A DNA stretch of 54,348 nucleotides from a virus (lineage: Duplodnaviria; Caudoviricetes), in IMG/VR virus record IMGVR_UViG_3300017963_000320, positions 1 to 54,348 of that record; one strand, given 5' to 3'. Under the pieces are notes generated by a model. That model saw nothing but the letters and a program-made list of their open reading frames with translations. It was not told where the DNA came from and made no database searches. The position numbers were made by a program, and so were the translations under genes. Below, piece after piece: positions 27,987 to 37,502 of this stretch (the first letter of the stretch is position 1; each line of letters starts with the position of its first letter).

Positions 27987-28745
27987 ATGAGCGAACTTCT
28001 TTTATCTACAACAGGAACAAACACTGAGATTGTTTTGCCTGACATGGGGCAGAAGAAGTTCGTTCACCCTGTAATTGATTACAACCTTTATAACGAATAC
28101 AATGAAGAAGACATCAAAGCATCACAGGATTTGCAAAATGCAATCAGTCAAGGATGGATCACATTAACGCTGAACGGATTGACAATTGACGATGTCAAAG
28201 AAGTAGTTGAAAGCAGACCATCAAGGCAAAGCATTGACTTTGACCCTGTGAACTTCATTCCTGTCACTGATGCAGAACACGATGAAGATTCACTGCTTGC
28301 TTTACTTAAAGGGATCGACACAAAACTTGGAGCAATTATTTCAGGATCAGTTGATGTTGATTCACAAAAAAGCAAACTATCTGAAGACACAACAGTGATG
28401 GTTGACGAATGGCAAGATATTGCAGGGGATTCAATCAATCAATTGACTGAAGCAATAACAGCATCAGGTGTCAACAGGAATTATCTAATTGAATTCAGTG
28501 GTGATTTTCAGAATTCACAGAACAACAAATTTGTTTGTCTTCGATTTGTCATTGATGGGATTCCTTCAGAAGCATCTGAAATTGAAATCAAGCATCAAGA
28601 ATATCCTGCAAACATTTCAATTCAGGATATTGCAACACTTGCACCTGCAAAACAGGTCAAGGTTCAATGGAAAATCAAATCAGGAAATACAAACTACACA
28701 ATCACTGCAAGAAGGGGCAGGTTGATAATTTACGGAGTCGGATAA
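27987..28745 (+). CDS. Putative virion fibre/decoration protein
   Basis: Shares FVHPV.D..L and LKGID motifs with 27127; beta-rich C-terminus. Confidence 0.6.
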   Translation: MSELLLSTTGTNTEIVLPDMGQKKFVHPVIDYNLYNEYNEEDIKASQDLQNAISQGWITLTLNGLTIDDVKEVVESRPSRQSIDFDPVNFIPVTDAEHDEDSLLALLKGIDTKLGAIISGSVDVDSQKSKLSEDTTVMVDEWQDIAGDSINQLTEAITASGVNRNYLIEFSGDFQNSQNNKFVCLRFVIDGIPSEASEIEIKHQEYPANISIQDIATLAPAKQVKVQWKIKSGNTNYTITARRGRLIIYGVG

Positions 28746-28746
28746 A

Positions 28747-29616
28747 ATGGCAGTACAGAAACACACATATTCAATTGCAACGGACACAGCAAATGGAAAG
28801 GTTGATCATGACACATTGAAAAAAGAGATTGAAGCACCTTCATCAGGCGTGATCTATGGTCTTGCAATTCCAATGATTGTGACTGTCAACGATGTTCTTG
28901 ACATCTACCTGAAAGACAATGCAGAAGACATGTACGATGAACTTCTTGCAGTTGTGAATGCACATCAAGGTGAATCAACTGCTGAACAGCCTGAAGCATT
29001 TGCACCACAGCAATCAAGGGAAGGGTTCAGATTGTGCAACAGGGATTTTCTTTTGAACACTGCAATTTTTGATGGCATTGATTCCTTTGAAGACCTGTAC
29101 GTCAATCCAGCAGACAACAAGAGATACGACTGGGGTGAAATGTCTTTTATGGGTTGTTATAAAAAAGACCTGACAGAAAGCAGTGAACCGATGATCCTTT
29201 GCACAGATCAAGCAGATGCAGATGCAAATGCAATTCTTTCTGTGTGGGATTATGTACCAAGAAATTTGTCAGATGGATCACCAACTGACATTGACATTCT
29301 TGGTGGTGGTCTTTGGGTTGACAAAGATTTGCAAGGTGCAAACAATGCAGAACTTCTTGAACATCAGGTCTACGTTATTTCTGCCCCGAACATTCCTTCA
29401 AGTCTTGGTGGAAGAATCAAGTTCTTCGATGGTTATCTGTTGCCATACAAAGACAGGCAGATGCAAGCACAGTCATCAAGAGCAATTCCACTTGATGCAA
29501 CAGGTGCAGGTGGTGTTGAAGGTGGACGAATCAGGGTTTGGCTTTATTATCCAGCAGGGAAAAAGCAAAGTCACATCTTTAGACTGAACACATTCAGGAA
29601 AGCAATGTCACAATGA
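28747..29616 (+). CDS. Hypothetical protein, probably structural
   Basis: Long ORF within the head module. Confidence 0.65.
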   Translation: MAVQKHTYSIATDTANGKVDHDTLKKEIEAPSSGVIYGLAIPMIVTVNDVLDIYLKDNAEDMYDELLAVVNAHQGESTAEQPEAFAPQQSREGFRLCNRDFLLNTAIFDGIDSFEDLYVNPADNKRYDWGEMSFMGCYKKDLTESSEPMILCTDQADADANAILSVWDYVPRNLSDGSPTDIDILGGGLWVDKDLQGANNAELLEHQVYVISAPNIPSSLGGRIKFFDGYLLPYKDRQMQAQSSRAIPLDATGAGGVEGGRIRVWLYYPAGKKQSHIFRLNTFRKAMSQ

Positions 29617-29957
29617 AAGACCATTGCACAAAATTCCCTGATCACCTTTTTGGAATTGACATTTCAGAATGCTGTGAATATCACGACATATGCTATGCAC
29701 TTGGTGGTGGCGAACAGGAAAGGTTTCTGTCTGACATTGTTCTGAAAAGGTGTGTGTTCAATAAGTTCATGAAAAAGAAAGTGAACTTTGCAGGGGATCA
29801 TTGGTCTGCTTGGTTCCTTTGGTGGTATGTGTTCATGACCTTGTTTGTTTACAGCACAAAAGCAGGAAGGTGGATTGCAGGAAAGATTGTTTCAAACCTT
29901 ATGTTTGCAGGTGTCAGACTGTTTGGAAAGAAATATTTTAACTACCATTCACAATAG
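29613..29957 (+). CDS. Phospholipase A2-like membrane protein
   Basis: CT.FPD...CCEYHDICY...R..SD..L..C; hydrophobic segment. Confidence 0.5.
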   Translation: MKDHCTKFPDHLFGIDISECCEYHDICYALGGGEQERFLSDIVLKRCVFNKFMKKKVNFAGDHWSAWFLWWYVFMTLFVYSTKAGRWIAGKIVSNLMFAGVRLFGKKYFNYHSQ

Positions 29958-29968
29958 ATTTTATCTAT
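29954..29968 (-). promoter_or_regulatory. Perfect operator copy in reverse orientation, within a leftward promoter-like sequence
   Basis: ATAGATTTTATCTAT; minus strand reads TTTGAAAGTTATAGATAAAATCTATTGT. Confidence 0.65.
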
Positions 29969-30056
29969 AACTTTCAAATAAAAATTTTGCACAAACCCTT
30001 GCAACGATTGCCGTTTTCATTACCGTAGCGAATAAATACTTATAAAAAAAATTGGT

Positions 30057-30071
30057 ATAGATTTTATTTAT
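30057..30071. promoter_or_regulatory. Operator variant overlapping start codon 30070
   Basis: ATAGATTTTATTTAT (one mismatch). Confidence 0.55.
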
Positions 30072-30966
30072 GGCAGTCAGAACTTGGAAAGGTGAAGGGG
30101 ATTCAGCACTTCCTAACGATTGGAACACGCCTGCAAATTGGCTTGAAGGGTTTGTTCCTGTCAATGGTGATGATGTTTATTTCAGCGACAATGCTGTTTC
30201 TGTACTGACAGGGCTTGATCAGTCAGCAGTCATGCTTGCATCCCTGAATTTCAGACAATCATTCACAGGTGTCAATGCACCTGATGCATCTTCTTTCTTA
30301 CAGATTGGAACACAAAGATTGACTATCGGACAGAATCAAGGCAATTCTTCTGCTGGTGGTTCTTCAAGATTAAACATTGATCTTCAACCACCTGATTCAG
30401 GTGGAACACAAATTGACATATACCAAACAAACACTTCACCTGCTGATCAAAACAGACAGACAGTGCGAATCATTGGTGGAAAAGATTCTGCATCAGGCAT
30501 CCTGAATGTGTTCATCAGAAGTGGTGTTGTTTCCTTTGCTGAAGATGGTGGATCAACTTTTGAATGTGATGACATTCACATCACCGAAGACGATGCAGAT
30601 GTCAAACTTGGTGATTCTGTGACATATCAGAACCTGTTCATGCGAAGGGGTTCATTTGAAGGTTATTCAATGCCAGCAGTTGAAGCAAGGTTTTCAGGTG
30701 GTGATGGAATCCTTCAGGGTGTTGATGCATTGCCATTGCTTGTGATGGATGGAACAGCATCAGTCATCAGCAACATTGAAGGAACTATTTCACAGGTCGA
30801 TGGTTATGGTGGAACAGTTGACTTTTCACAGTCAGATGTTTCAAGGATTCTGACCCTTTTGAATTTGAAAGAACAAAATTTCAGCATGGTTTATGACAAA
30901 GACGTTCTCGATGTTCAGTCAATTGTCAATCAGATTGAAGGATTTGCAACTTTGGGTGTGTCATGA
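30070..30966 (+). CDS. Hypothetical beta-rich protein, probably structural
   Basis: TWKG...DWNTPANW..VP..GDDVYF N-terminus; precedes the protease gene. Confidence 0.65.
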   Translation: MAVRTWKGEGDSALPNDWNTPANWLEGFVPVNGDDVYFSDNAVSVLTGLDQSAVMLASLNFRQSFTGVNAPDASSFLQIGTQRLTIGQNQGNSSAGGSSRLNIDLQPPDSGGTQIDIYQTNTSPADQNRQTVRIIGGKDSASGILNVFIRSGVVSFAEDGGSTFECDDIHITEDDADVKLGDSVTYQNLFMRRGSFEGYSMPAVEARFSGGDGILQGVDALPLLVMDGTASVISNIEGTISQVDGYGGTVDFSQSDVSRILTLLNLKEQNFSMVYDKDVLDVQSIVNQIEGFATLGVS

Positions 30967-32366
30967 TATTCAACAAAAAGAAAGAATGTGATTGTGGGTG
31001 CGGTGGTGCATGTGGGAAACCTGATTTCAACATTGCACCAAATGGACAGGTGAACATCAATTCAGAATTGAAACTGAATCTGAAAGGTTCTGACATTGAA
31101 ATGAAAGTTCTGAATGGTGAAAGGCATCTTGTAGGGCGAGCAGTTTTAATTGTTGAAGGTGTCCTGAATGGCTTGCTTTATCCACTTGAAGAACTTGAAA
31201 TCCATCCTGATGCTTGGAATGGCAGACCAATTCCAATTGATCACCCTACAAATGAAAGGGGTGAATTCCTGTCTGCAAATGATCTTGCTGTATTTGAGAA
31301 GAACATAGGTCAACTAATGAATTCCCGAATTGAAGGGAATGCATTGGTTGCTGATCTTTGGATGAATGAAGCCAAGCTGAGAAAGCAGAATCCAAAACTG
31401 CTTTTGAAAATTGTCAACAAAGAATTCATTGAAGTCAGCACAGGACTATTCATTGAAATTGAAGAACAGGCAGGAGAATTCAACGGTGTCAAGTTCTATG
31501 GCATTGCAAGAAATTATAAACCTGATCACCTTGCACTGTTGCCAAATGACATCGGTGCTTGCAGTGGCAAAGATGGTTGCGGATTAAGAAGCAACAAAGG
31601 AAATGATGAAATGCTTTATCCAAAAAACCCTTTGGCGAAAAAGGTATGGAATGCATTGGCAGGTATCTTTTCAGAAGATGCTGAAAAAGAAATTTCTTAT
31701 TCCATCAATCCTGATGGAACTGAAAACACAAACAATCTTGAAGTTGCTGGCGAGCTTCAGGGTGCGAAACAAAAAACATTGGAGACAAATACAATGAAAG
31801 AAATGGTTGACAATATCATTTCCAATGAAGGCAATGAATGGTCAGAAACTGATCGTGAATTCCTGATGTCATTGAATGAAGAACAACTGAAAAAAGTTGC
31901 TCCTGCAAACGACAATGAGAAAGGGGAAGTTCCTGCTGAAGAAGGTAAAACTTCCAGCGAGGTGAACACCGAAAATGTTTCTACCCCTGAACCAATTGTC
32001 AAAGCAGAAGCAAATTCTGAAGTTGATGTTGAATCTGCTGTACGCAAAGTTCTGAATGAAGAATTTGGTGAAAGTGGAATCAAGGGTTTCATTCAGAAAG
32101 CTGTTGAAAGTGCATCCAACAAGCGTGTTGAAGCAGATGCAAAAGAAACAGTGATCAACAAAATCATGGCAAACACAGGCATGAACAAAGAAGAAGACAA
32201 AGCAGAATTGCAGAAACTTTCTTTGACTGCCCTTGAAACACTTGCCAAAAATTCCACACAGCAGGTCTATCTTGGATTCGGCTCAAACACCAATGCAGAT
32301 GTTGATGCAGATGCTGAAGTGCTTGAAGTTCCAAGTGATCCCTTCAAAAAAGCAAACAAGGAATAA
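30963..32366 (+). CDS. Prohead protease/scaffold (DUF2213-like)
   Basis: WNGRPIPIDHP, EVSTG, PDHLALLP..IGACS..DGCG; acidic scaffold-like C-terminus. Confidence 0.8.
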   Translation: MIFNKKKECDCGCGGACGKPDFNIAPNGQVNINSELKLNLKGSDIEMKVLNGERHLVGRAVLIVEGVLNGLLYPLEELEIHPDAWNGRPIPIDHPTNERGEFLSANDLAVFEKNIGQLMNSRIEGNALVADLWMNEAKLRKQNPKLLLKIVNKEFIEVSTGLFIEIEEQAGEFNGVKFYGIARNYKPDHLALLPNDIGACSGKDGCGLRSNKGNDEMLYPKNPLAKKVWNALAGIFSEDAEKEISYSINPDGTENTNNLEVAGELQGAKQKTLETNTMKEMVDNIISNEGNEWSETDREFLMSLNEEQLKKVAPANDNEKGEVPAEEGKTSSEVNTENVSTPEPIVKAEANSEVDVESAVRKVLNEEFGESGIKGFIQKAVESASNKRVEADAKETVINKIMANTGMNKEEDKAELQKLSLTALETLAKNSTQQVYLGFGSNTNADVDADAEVLEVPSDPFKKANKE

Positions 32367-32372
32367 AAGACA

Positions 32373-32807
32373 ATGAGCAAAAATACAATCATTCGTCGCA
32401 TTTCAGGTTCCATGACCAAAGACGGTTACGATGCATCAGCAGAGATTTTGCCGGGCATGGTCTGTGAACTTTTTGACAATGCAGGATCACTTGATGTGCG
32501 TCCATTGGCATCTGCCAAAAAATCCCGTCTGATTGCTGTTGAAAATGATCTTGCTGGAAAAGACATCACTGATGCATATGCAAGTGGTGATCGTGTTCAG
32601 CTTGTGACTTTCAAATCTGGTGACATTGCCCGTATGCGTGTAGCAAATGGCGAGACTGTCACACAGGGTGATGAAGTTGAATCAAACAGCGATGGTTATG
32701 TAAAAACTGGAAGCACTGCACCAATTGGTGTCGCTCTTGAATCTGTGGACATGTCCGACAGTTCAGGTGCCGATCCTGATGGGTTCATTGACATTCAGAT
32801 AATTTAA
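32373..32807 (+). CDS. Capsid decoration/cement protein
   Basis: ILPG, AYASGDRV, GDEVES..DG, GVALES; located between scaffold and MCP. Confidence 0.7.
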   Translation: MSKNTIIRRISGSMTKDGYDASAEILPGMVCELFDNAGSLDVRPLASAKKSRLIAVENDLAGKDITDAYASGDRVQLVTFKSGDIARMRVANGETVTQGDEVESNSDGYVKTGSTAPIGVALESVDMSDSSGADPDGFIDIQII

Positions 32808-32819
32808 GGAGTTCCAAAA

Positions 32820-33884
32820 ATGACAGACGATGTAATTGTTGGAAATCAGGTCATTGGTGATTTTGCCAATGCACTACATGCAAACGGTTTTTCTGCTGGA
32901 CGCTTGCGTCCGTGGTATGATGTAAACAAACGCAAATGTTTCATCAATGTCAATGGAAAAGCTGTTGAATATTCAAACCTCGCAATGAATGCAACACTGC
33001 GAAAAGATGAATGGCAGGAAATTGATTCTGCTGTTCTTGAAGTTGCACAAGAACGTCTTGTTGGTGTTCGTGACCTGCTTCAGGCTGGTCTGCTGAAAAC
33101 CCTTTCACAGGGAATTGGTGCAACTGTTTTCCAATGGGAAACTGTTTCTGATTTTGATGAAGCAGGTGTTTCAATGGATGCAGTGACTGACCATGTTGGC
33201 GACCGTCCAAAATTCAAACTTGAATCCATGCCTGTGCCTGTGATTCATAAAGAGTTTGAATTCAACAGCCGTCAACTTGATGCAAGTCGCAATCGTGGTG
33301 AAACACTTGATGTGACATCAGTGCGTTCTGCAACTCGTCAGGTGACTGAGAAGCAGGAAGACATGTTGTTCAATGGTGCAGACAGCTTCACTTTTGATGG
33401 TGGTTCACTTTACGGTTATACCACTTTCCCACAGCGTAACTCTGTTACTTCTGCTGATGGCAAAAAGTGGGATGACCCTGCAAAAACAGGTGAAGAAATT
33501 CTTGCTGATGTCCTTGCACTTATTACTGCAAATGACAATGCAAATCACTTCATGGATTCTAAACTGTATATTCCAAGAGCATATGATCGTGTCCTTGACA
33601 ATGATTTCAAAGCTGATTCTGACAAAACAATCCGTCAGCGTCTTCTTGAAATTCGTGGCATCATGGGCATTGAACCAGCAGACAGACTGACTGCTGATCA
33701 GGTTGTTCTTGTTGAAATGAATCGTGAAGTTGTTCAGCTTGTTCAGGGAATGCCTTTGACAACTGTTCAGTGGTCTGAAAACTTTGGTTTCCGTGAGAAA
33801 TTCAAAGTGATGATCATTCAGGTTCCAAACCTGCGTGCTGATCAGAATGGTCAGACAGGTATTGCACACATGGATTTGTCATAA
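32820..33884 (+). CDS. Major capsid protein (HK97 fold, encapsulin/linocin-like)
   Basis: TLRKDEWQEIDSAV...RLVGV.DL, PVPVIHKEF, EDMLFNG, YGYT.FP.R, KVM.IQVP. Confidence 0.9.
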   Translation: MTDDVIVGNQVIGDFANALHANGFSAGRLRPWYDVNKRKCFINVNGKAVEYSNLAMNATLRKDEWQEIDSAVLEVAQERLVGVRDLLQAGLLKTLSQGIGATVFQWETVSDFDEAGVSMDAVTDHVGDRPKFKLESMPVPVIHKEFEFNSRQLDASRNRGETLDVTSVRSATRQVTEKQEDMLFNGADSFTFDGGSLYGYTTFPQRNSVTSADGKKWDDPAKTGEEILADVLALITANDNANHFMDSKLYIPRAYDRVLDNDFKADSDKTIRQRLLEIRGIMGIEPADRLTADQVVLVEMNREVVQLVQGMPLTTVQWSENFGFREKFKVMIIQVPNLRADQNGQTGIAHMDLS

Positions 33885-33904
33885 GACTTTTCCATTCCGT
33901 TCAT

Positions 33905-33939
33905 GGTGGAATCCTTGTTGATCAAGGGTTCCACCTTTT
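33905..33939 (+). terminator. Terminator after the MCP gene
   Basis: GGTGGAATCCTTG-N5-CAAGGGTTCCACC-TTTT. Confidence 0.8.
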
Positions 33940-33942
33940 AAG

Positions 33943-33978
33943 CCTTAACCAAAGGCATTTTAATTCCTTAACCAAAGG
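33943..33978. repeat. 13-bp direct repeat upstream of the modification cassette
   Basis: CCTTAACCAAAGG at 33943 and 33966. Confidence 0.6.
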
Positions 33979-33986
33979 ATTGTGTG

Positions 33987-34436
33987 ATGAAGCGTCAATA
34001 TAAAATTCTGCATGGAACACATTCTGAAGATGGAAAATATTTCATTGCAGGAACATCAAACAACATCATTGAAAGTGATGTAAATTTGGCACTAAAATAC
34101 AAGAACAAGTTTGTTGTCCATGTGCCAAGATCAAATTCAGATGAAGACCCTGATATTGAATTTCTTGAACCCGTTGACAAGGGCAATGGAATGTTTGATG
34201 TCATGGACACAAGAACAGGTCAGAAAATCAATAACGGTTACCTGACACAGGAACAGGCTTTTGAATGGTGTGGACTGAATGCACCAAGTGAAGCAAGAAA
34301 GAAACCTGAAAAAATTTCTGAAATTGATTCTGATGATGAAGAAACAGATGCAGAAGCAGATGCAGATGCAGAAACTGAAACAGAATCAGAAGGACAAGAT
34401 GATGATGACAGCAACACAGACCCACTTATTTCATGA
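33987..34436 (+). CDS. Hypothetical protein with very acidic D/E/S/T tail
   Basis: C-terminus DSDDEETDAEADADAETETESEGQDDDDS. Confidence 0.7.
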   Translation: MKRQYKILHGTHSEDGKYFIAGTSNNIIESDVNLALKYKNKFVVHVPRSNSDEDPDIEFLEPVDKGNGMFDVMDTRTGQKINNGYLTQEQAFEWCGLNAPSEARKKPEKISEIDSDDEETDAEADADAETETESEGQDDDDSNTDPLIS

Positions 34437-34449
34437 AGCACAGGAGACA

Positions 34450-35148
34450 GTGAAAGGTCTTTGGTCTGTTCCTAAAGCATGGAAAGATGAAAGCTGTTTC
34501 ATCATTGGTGGTGGATATTCTGCAAAGAAACTTGACCTGTCACTTTTGAAACCCTTCAATGTCATTGGTTGCAATGATGCATATATCTATGGCGAAGAAA
34601 TTGTTGACATCTGCTATTTTGGCGATCTTGGTTGGTACGATATTCATTGGACTGATGAAGTCAGCTACGATGACATTGGAACATTCAAAGGATTGAAGCA
34701 TTTCAAAAATCTGATTGTCACAAACTGCCATGACAAGTTTCTTGAAAAAGATCAGGAAACACCTGTCAATCCAAAAGTCAAAGTTCTGAAACGAATGGGA
34801 AAGGGAATCAACACCATTCCATCATGTGTTGCATGGAATGGAAACACAGGATCATCTGCAATCAGCCTTGCCTGTCATTTAGGTGTCAAAAGAATCTATC
34901 TTCTTGGTTTTGATATGTGCCTGACACAGGAAGGAAGCAAGCAGGTTGCAAATTGGCATCAGAATTTGAAGAATCCACCAAACAAAGATGTGTACGTCAA
35001 ATGGCTTGAATACTTCAAGCAGATCAAAGAAACTGCATCCATGATTGGACTTGAAATTCTGAATTGCAGTAAAGTTTCAAGAATCAAAGAATTCAAATTT
35101 TGTGAATATGAAAAGGCAATTGAAGCCGAAAGGAAAAACCTGAAATGA
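34450..35148 (+). CDS. DUF115/Maf-like (MptE-like) putative glycosyltransferase
   Basis: CFIIGGGYS, VIGCNDAY, NTGSSAISLA.HLG.KRIYLLGFD; GTG start after AGGAG. Confidence 0.7.
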   Translation: MKGLWSVPKAWKDESCFIIGGGYSAKKLDLSLLKPFNVIGCNDAYIYGEEIVDICYFGDLGWYDIHWTDEVSYDDIGTFKGLKHFKNLIVTNCHDKFLEKDQETPVNPKVKVLKRMGKGINTIPSCVAWNGNTGSSAISLACHLGVKRIYLLGFDMCLTQEGSKQVANWHQNLKNPPNKDVYVKWLEYFKQIKETASMIGLEILNCSKVSRIKEFKFCEYEKAIEAERKNLK

Positions 35149-37502
35149 AACAACTGATCAACATGTGCATTTGCGGTGGCTCAAAAGTCAGACCTGCAAC
35201 CATGAAAGGAATTGATGTGTTGCAGTGCATTTCATGTGGTGTCATCAGACAATCTGTTCACATGACAGAAGCAGAACTCGATGAATGGTATGAAAAACAA
35301 TATCATGATGGCATTTTTTCACATGACTATGATCATGACATAAAAATTGCCAATTTAAGACTGAAAGAATACGGTCTGAAGAAAAACACCACCATCCTTG
35401 ACATTGGCTGTGGAAATGGTGCATTTGTCGATGCAAGCCGAAAGAAAGGGATTCAGGCATACGGTTGTGAAGTTGGTGATGGTGCAAGTCAAAGCAAATT
35501 CACTTATCAGGGGAAAGTTGAAGACATCCATTTCCCGACAGACCATTTTGACACAGTTGTGATCCATGATGTCCTTGAACACCTTGTCAATCCTTTGCAG
35601 TTCTGCATTGAAGTCAGAAGAATATTGAAACAGGGTGGAACATTCATCATTGACTTTCCTGATTTCTTTGTTCCTGAAGGCGATCATCATTGGAAAGAAA
35701 TTGAACACCTGTGGATGCTGAATGAAGAACAGGTTGTCAATATCCTTGTTGGACTTGGTTTCAATTTGAAGGAAATCAAAAAACCCATTCCTTCAAAACT
35801 AGTTTTCTATGCAGAAGCACCAACAGAACAAAGACAATCAATCATCATTCCGCCGGGCATTGGCGACACATGGTGGTCGTTGTTAAAGCTGAAAAGTTTC
35901 TGTGAATCAAATCAAATTGGAATTCCTGATGTTTACATCATGTCAGACAATGGAAAGAAAGACAGGTCAATTGACTTTGTGAAACGAGCACCATTCCTGA
36001 ATGCAAAAGGATATATGAAATATCCAAACAAAGCACAGGATGAAGTTTGGCGTGAAGCATACATGCTTGATGGAAGAACTGTTTTCACAAGAAAAGATTT
36101 GCCTGTTGATGCAGACTATTTCCTTGCTTACAATGGTGTTTTAAGGGCAGGGAAAAACATTGATGAAGTTGACACCTTGTATCAATCAGATTGGCTTTAC
36201 GATCAATTTATAAGCCTTGAAGAAAGATGGTACGGTGAAAACTGTGTCAAGGAATGGGGTGAATACCTGATTGCATATTTTGTTGATCATGGCATGTATG
36301 GAAAGCATTGGATCAAAGAATTCAGCAAAGCACACATCAAGAAAACACTTGAACTGTTGCACAAGCAGACAGGGAAAAAGATTGTCCTTGTTGGTTCTGA
36401 ATGGGATGACAATGCATTCACAAAAGACCTTGCAAAAGGGTTTGACTTTGTGATCAACATGATTGGCAAAACAGAACTTGAAGAATTCATTGGAATGATC
36501 CGATATTCATCAGGGATGATTGGTTTTCCATCAGGTGCAACTTTCATGGGTGTGAAGTTCAAAAAGCCTGTCATGTGCATTTGGAACAAATACTTCACAA
36601 CGAAATTTTGGTGGAATGCCTGCCCGAAAGAAAGCTGGAACAATTGGTATGGCATCATTGATTCAAGACATGCAAAGCCTGACACAGTTGTGAATGGTTT
36701 CATGAAGTTGATTGATGAAAACATTGAAGACACAAAGGAAATTCCTGTGAAAAACAGCAAAAAACCCCAAAAAACAGCCAAAAAAGCCGAAAAAACTGCA
36801 TCCAAAACAGGTGAAAAGAAAACTAAAAGGGATCAGAAAGAGCCTTTCTTTGTGTCAAAAGGTGCAAAATTGGTTGCATGTGTGCTGAAATCAGGTGGTG
36901 ATTTTGACAGAACCTACGTTTCAAGGCTTGAAAAGAACATCAAGAAGCACACAAACTATCCGATCAAACTTGTCTGCCTGTCAGACTTGGAAAACACAGG
37001 TGCAGATGAAACAATCAAACTGAAACACAATTGGCAAAGTTGGTGGTCAAAGATTGAACTGTTCAGACCTGATGTTTTCAATGAAGAACCTGTTGTGTAT
37101 TTTGATCTCGACACTTTGGTGCTGACAAACATTGATGGATTGATTGGTTCAAAACATTCATTCACAATGCTTGAAGCATTCAACAAAAAAAGAAATCCAT
37201 TTGCATCAGGTGTCATGGCATGGTCAGGAAACTATTCAGAAATTTATACTGAATTCAAAAAGAATTTCAGACAGGTCATTGAAAACAGAACAACCAATGA
37301 TCAGAAATTCATCCACAAAGTTTTGACAGAAGAATACGGCATCATTCCTGAAAGGGTGCAGAAGTTTGTGAATGTTGCAAGTTTCAAAAGAGAATGCAAT
37401 CATCCCACAGGCGCACCAAAGGGAACAAACATTGTCTGCTTTCATGGCAAACCAAGACCGATTGAAGTCACCCTTCCGTGGGTTCAGGAGGCATGGGCAT
37501 GA
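35145..37502 (+). CDS. Tri-domain fusion: class I SAM methyltransferase + GT9-like (GT-B) + GT8-like (GT-A) glycosyltransferase
   Basis: ILDIGCGNG, DVLEHL..P; PGIGD...NMIGKT.L...MIG..SG; WWSKIELF, YFDLD, DQ.FI, VCFHGKPRP. Confidence 0.8.
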   Translation: MKQLINMCICGGSKVRPATMKGIDVLQCISCGVIRQSVHMTEAELDEWYEKQYHDGIFSHDYDHDIKIANLRLKEYGLKKNTTILDIGCGNGAFVDASRKKGIQAYGCEVGDGASQSKFTYQGKVEDIHFPTDHFDTVVIHDVLEHLVNPLQFCIEVRRILKQGGTFIIDFPDFFVPEGDHHWKEIEHLWMLNEEQVVNILVGLGFNLKEIKKPIPSKLVFYAEAPTEQRQSIIIPPGIGDTWWSLLKLKSFCESNQIGIPDVYIMSDNGKKDRSIDFVKRAPFLNAKGYMKYPNKAQDEVWREAYMLDGRTVFTRKDLPVDADYFLAYNGVLRAGKNIDEVDTLYQSDWLYDQFISLEERWYGENCVKEWGEYLIAYFVDHGMYGKHWIKEFSKAHIKKTLELLHKQTGKKIVLVGSEWDDNAFTKDLAKGFDFVINMIGKTELEEFIGMIRYSSGMIGFPSGATFMGVKFKKPVMCIWNKYFTTKFWWNACPKESWNNWYGIIDSRHAKPDTVVNGFMKLIDENIEDTKEIPVKNSKKPQKTAKKAEKTASKTGEKKTKRDQKEPFFVSKGAKLVACVLKSGGDFDRTYVSRLEKNIKKHTNYPIKLVCLSDLENTGADETIKLKHNWQSWWSKIELFRPDVFNEEPVVYFDLDTLVLTNIDGLIGSKHSFTMLEAFNKKRNPFASGVMAWSGNYSEIYTEFKKNFRQVIENRTTNDQKFIHKVLTEEYGIIPERVQKFVNVASFKRECNHPTGAPKGTNIVCFHGKPRPIEVTLPWVQEAWA

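Noticed and set aside
32820-33884. Encapsulin nanocompartment or bacteriocin
   Set aside because: It sits in a full head operon with scaffold, portal and neck genes, so it is the major capsid protein
34279-34449. N-terminal extension of the DUF115-like ORF shown in the track
   Set aside because: Out-of-frame overlap with the acidic gene; the GTG at 34450 has an AGGAG RBS
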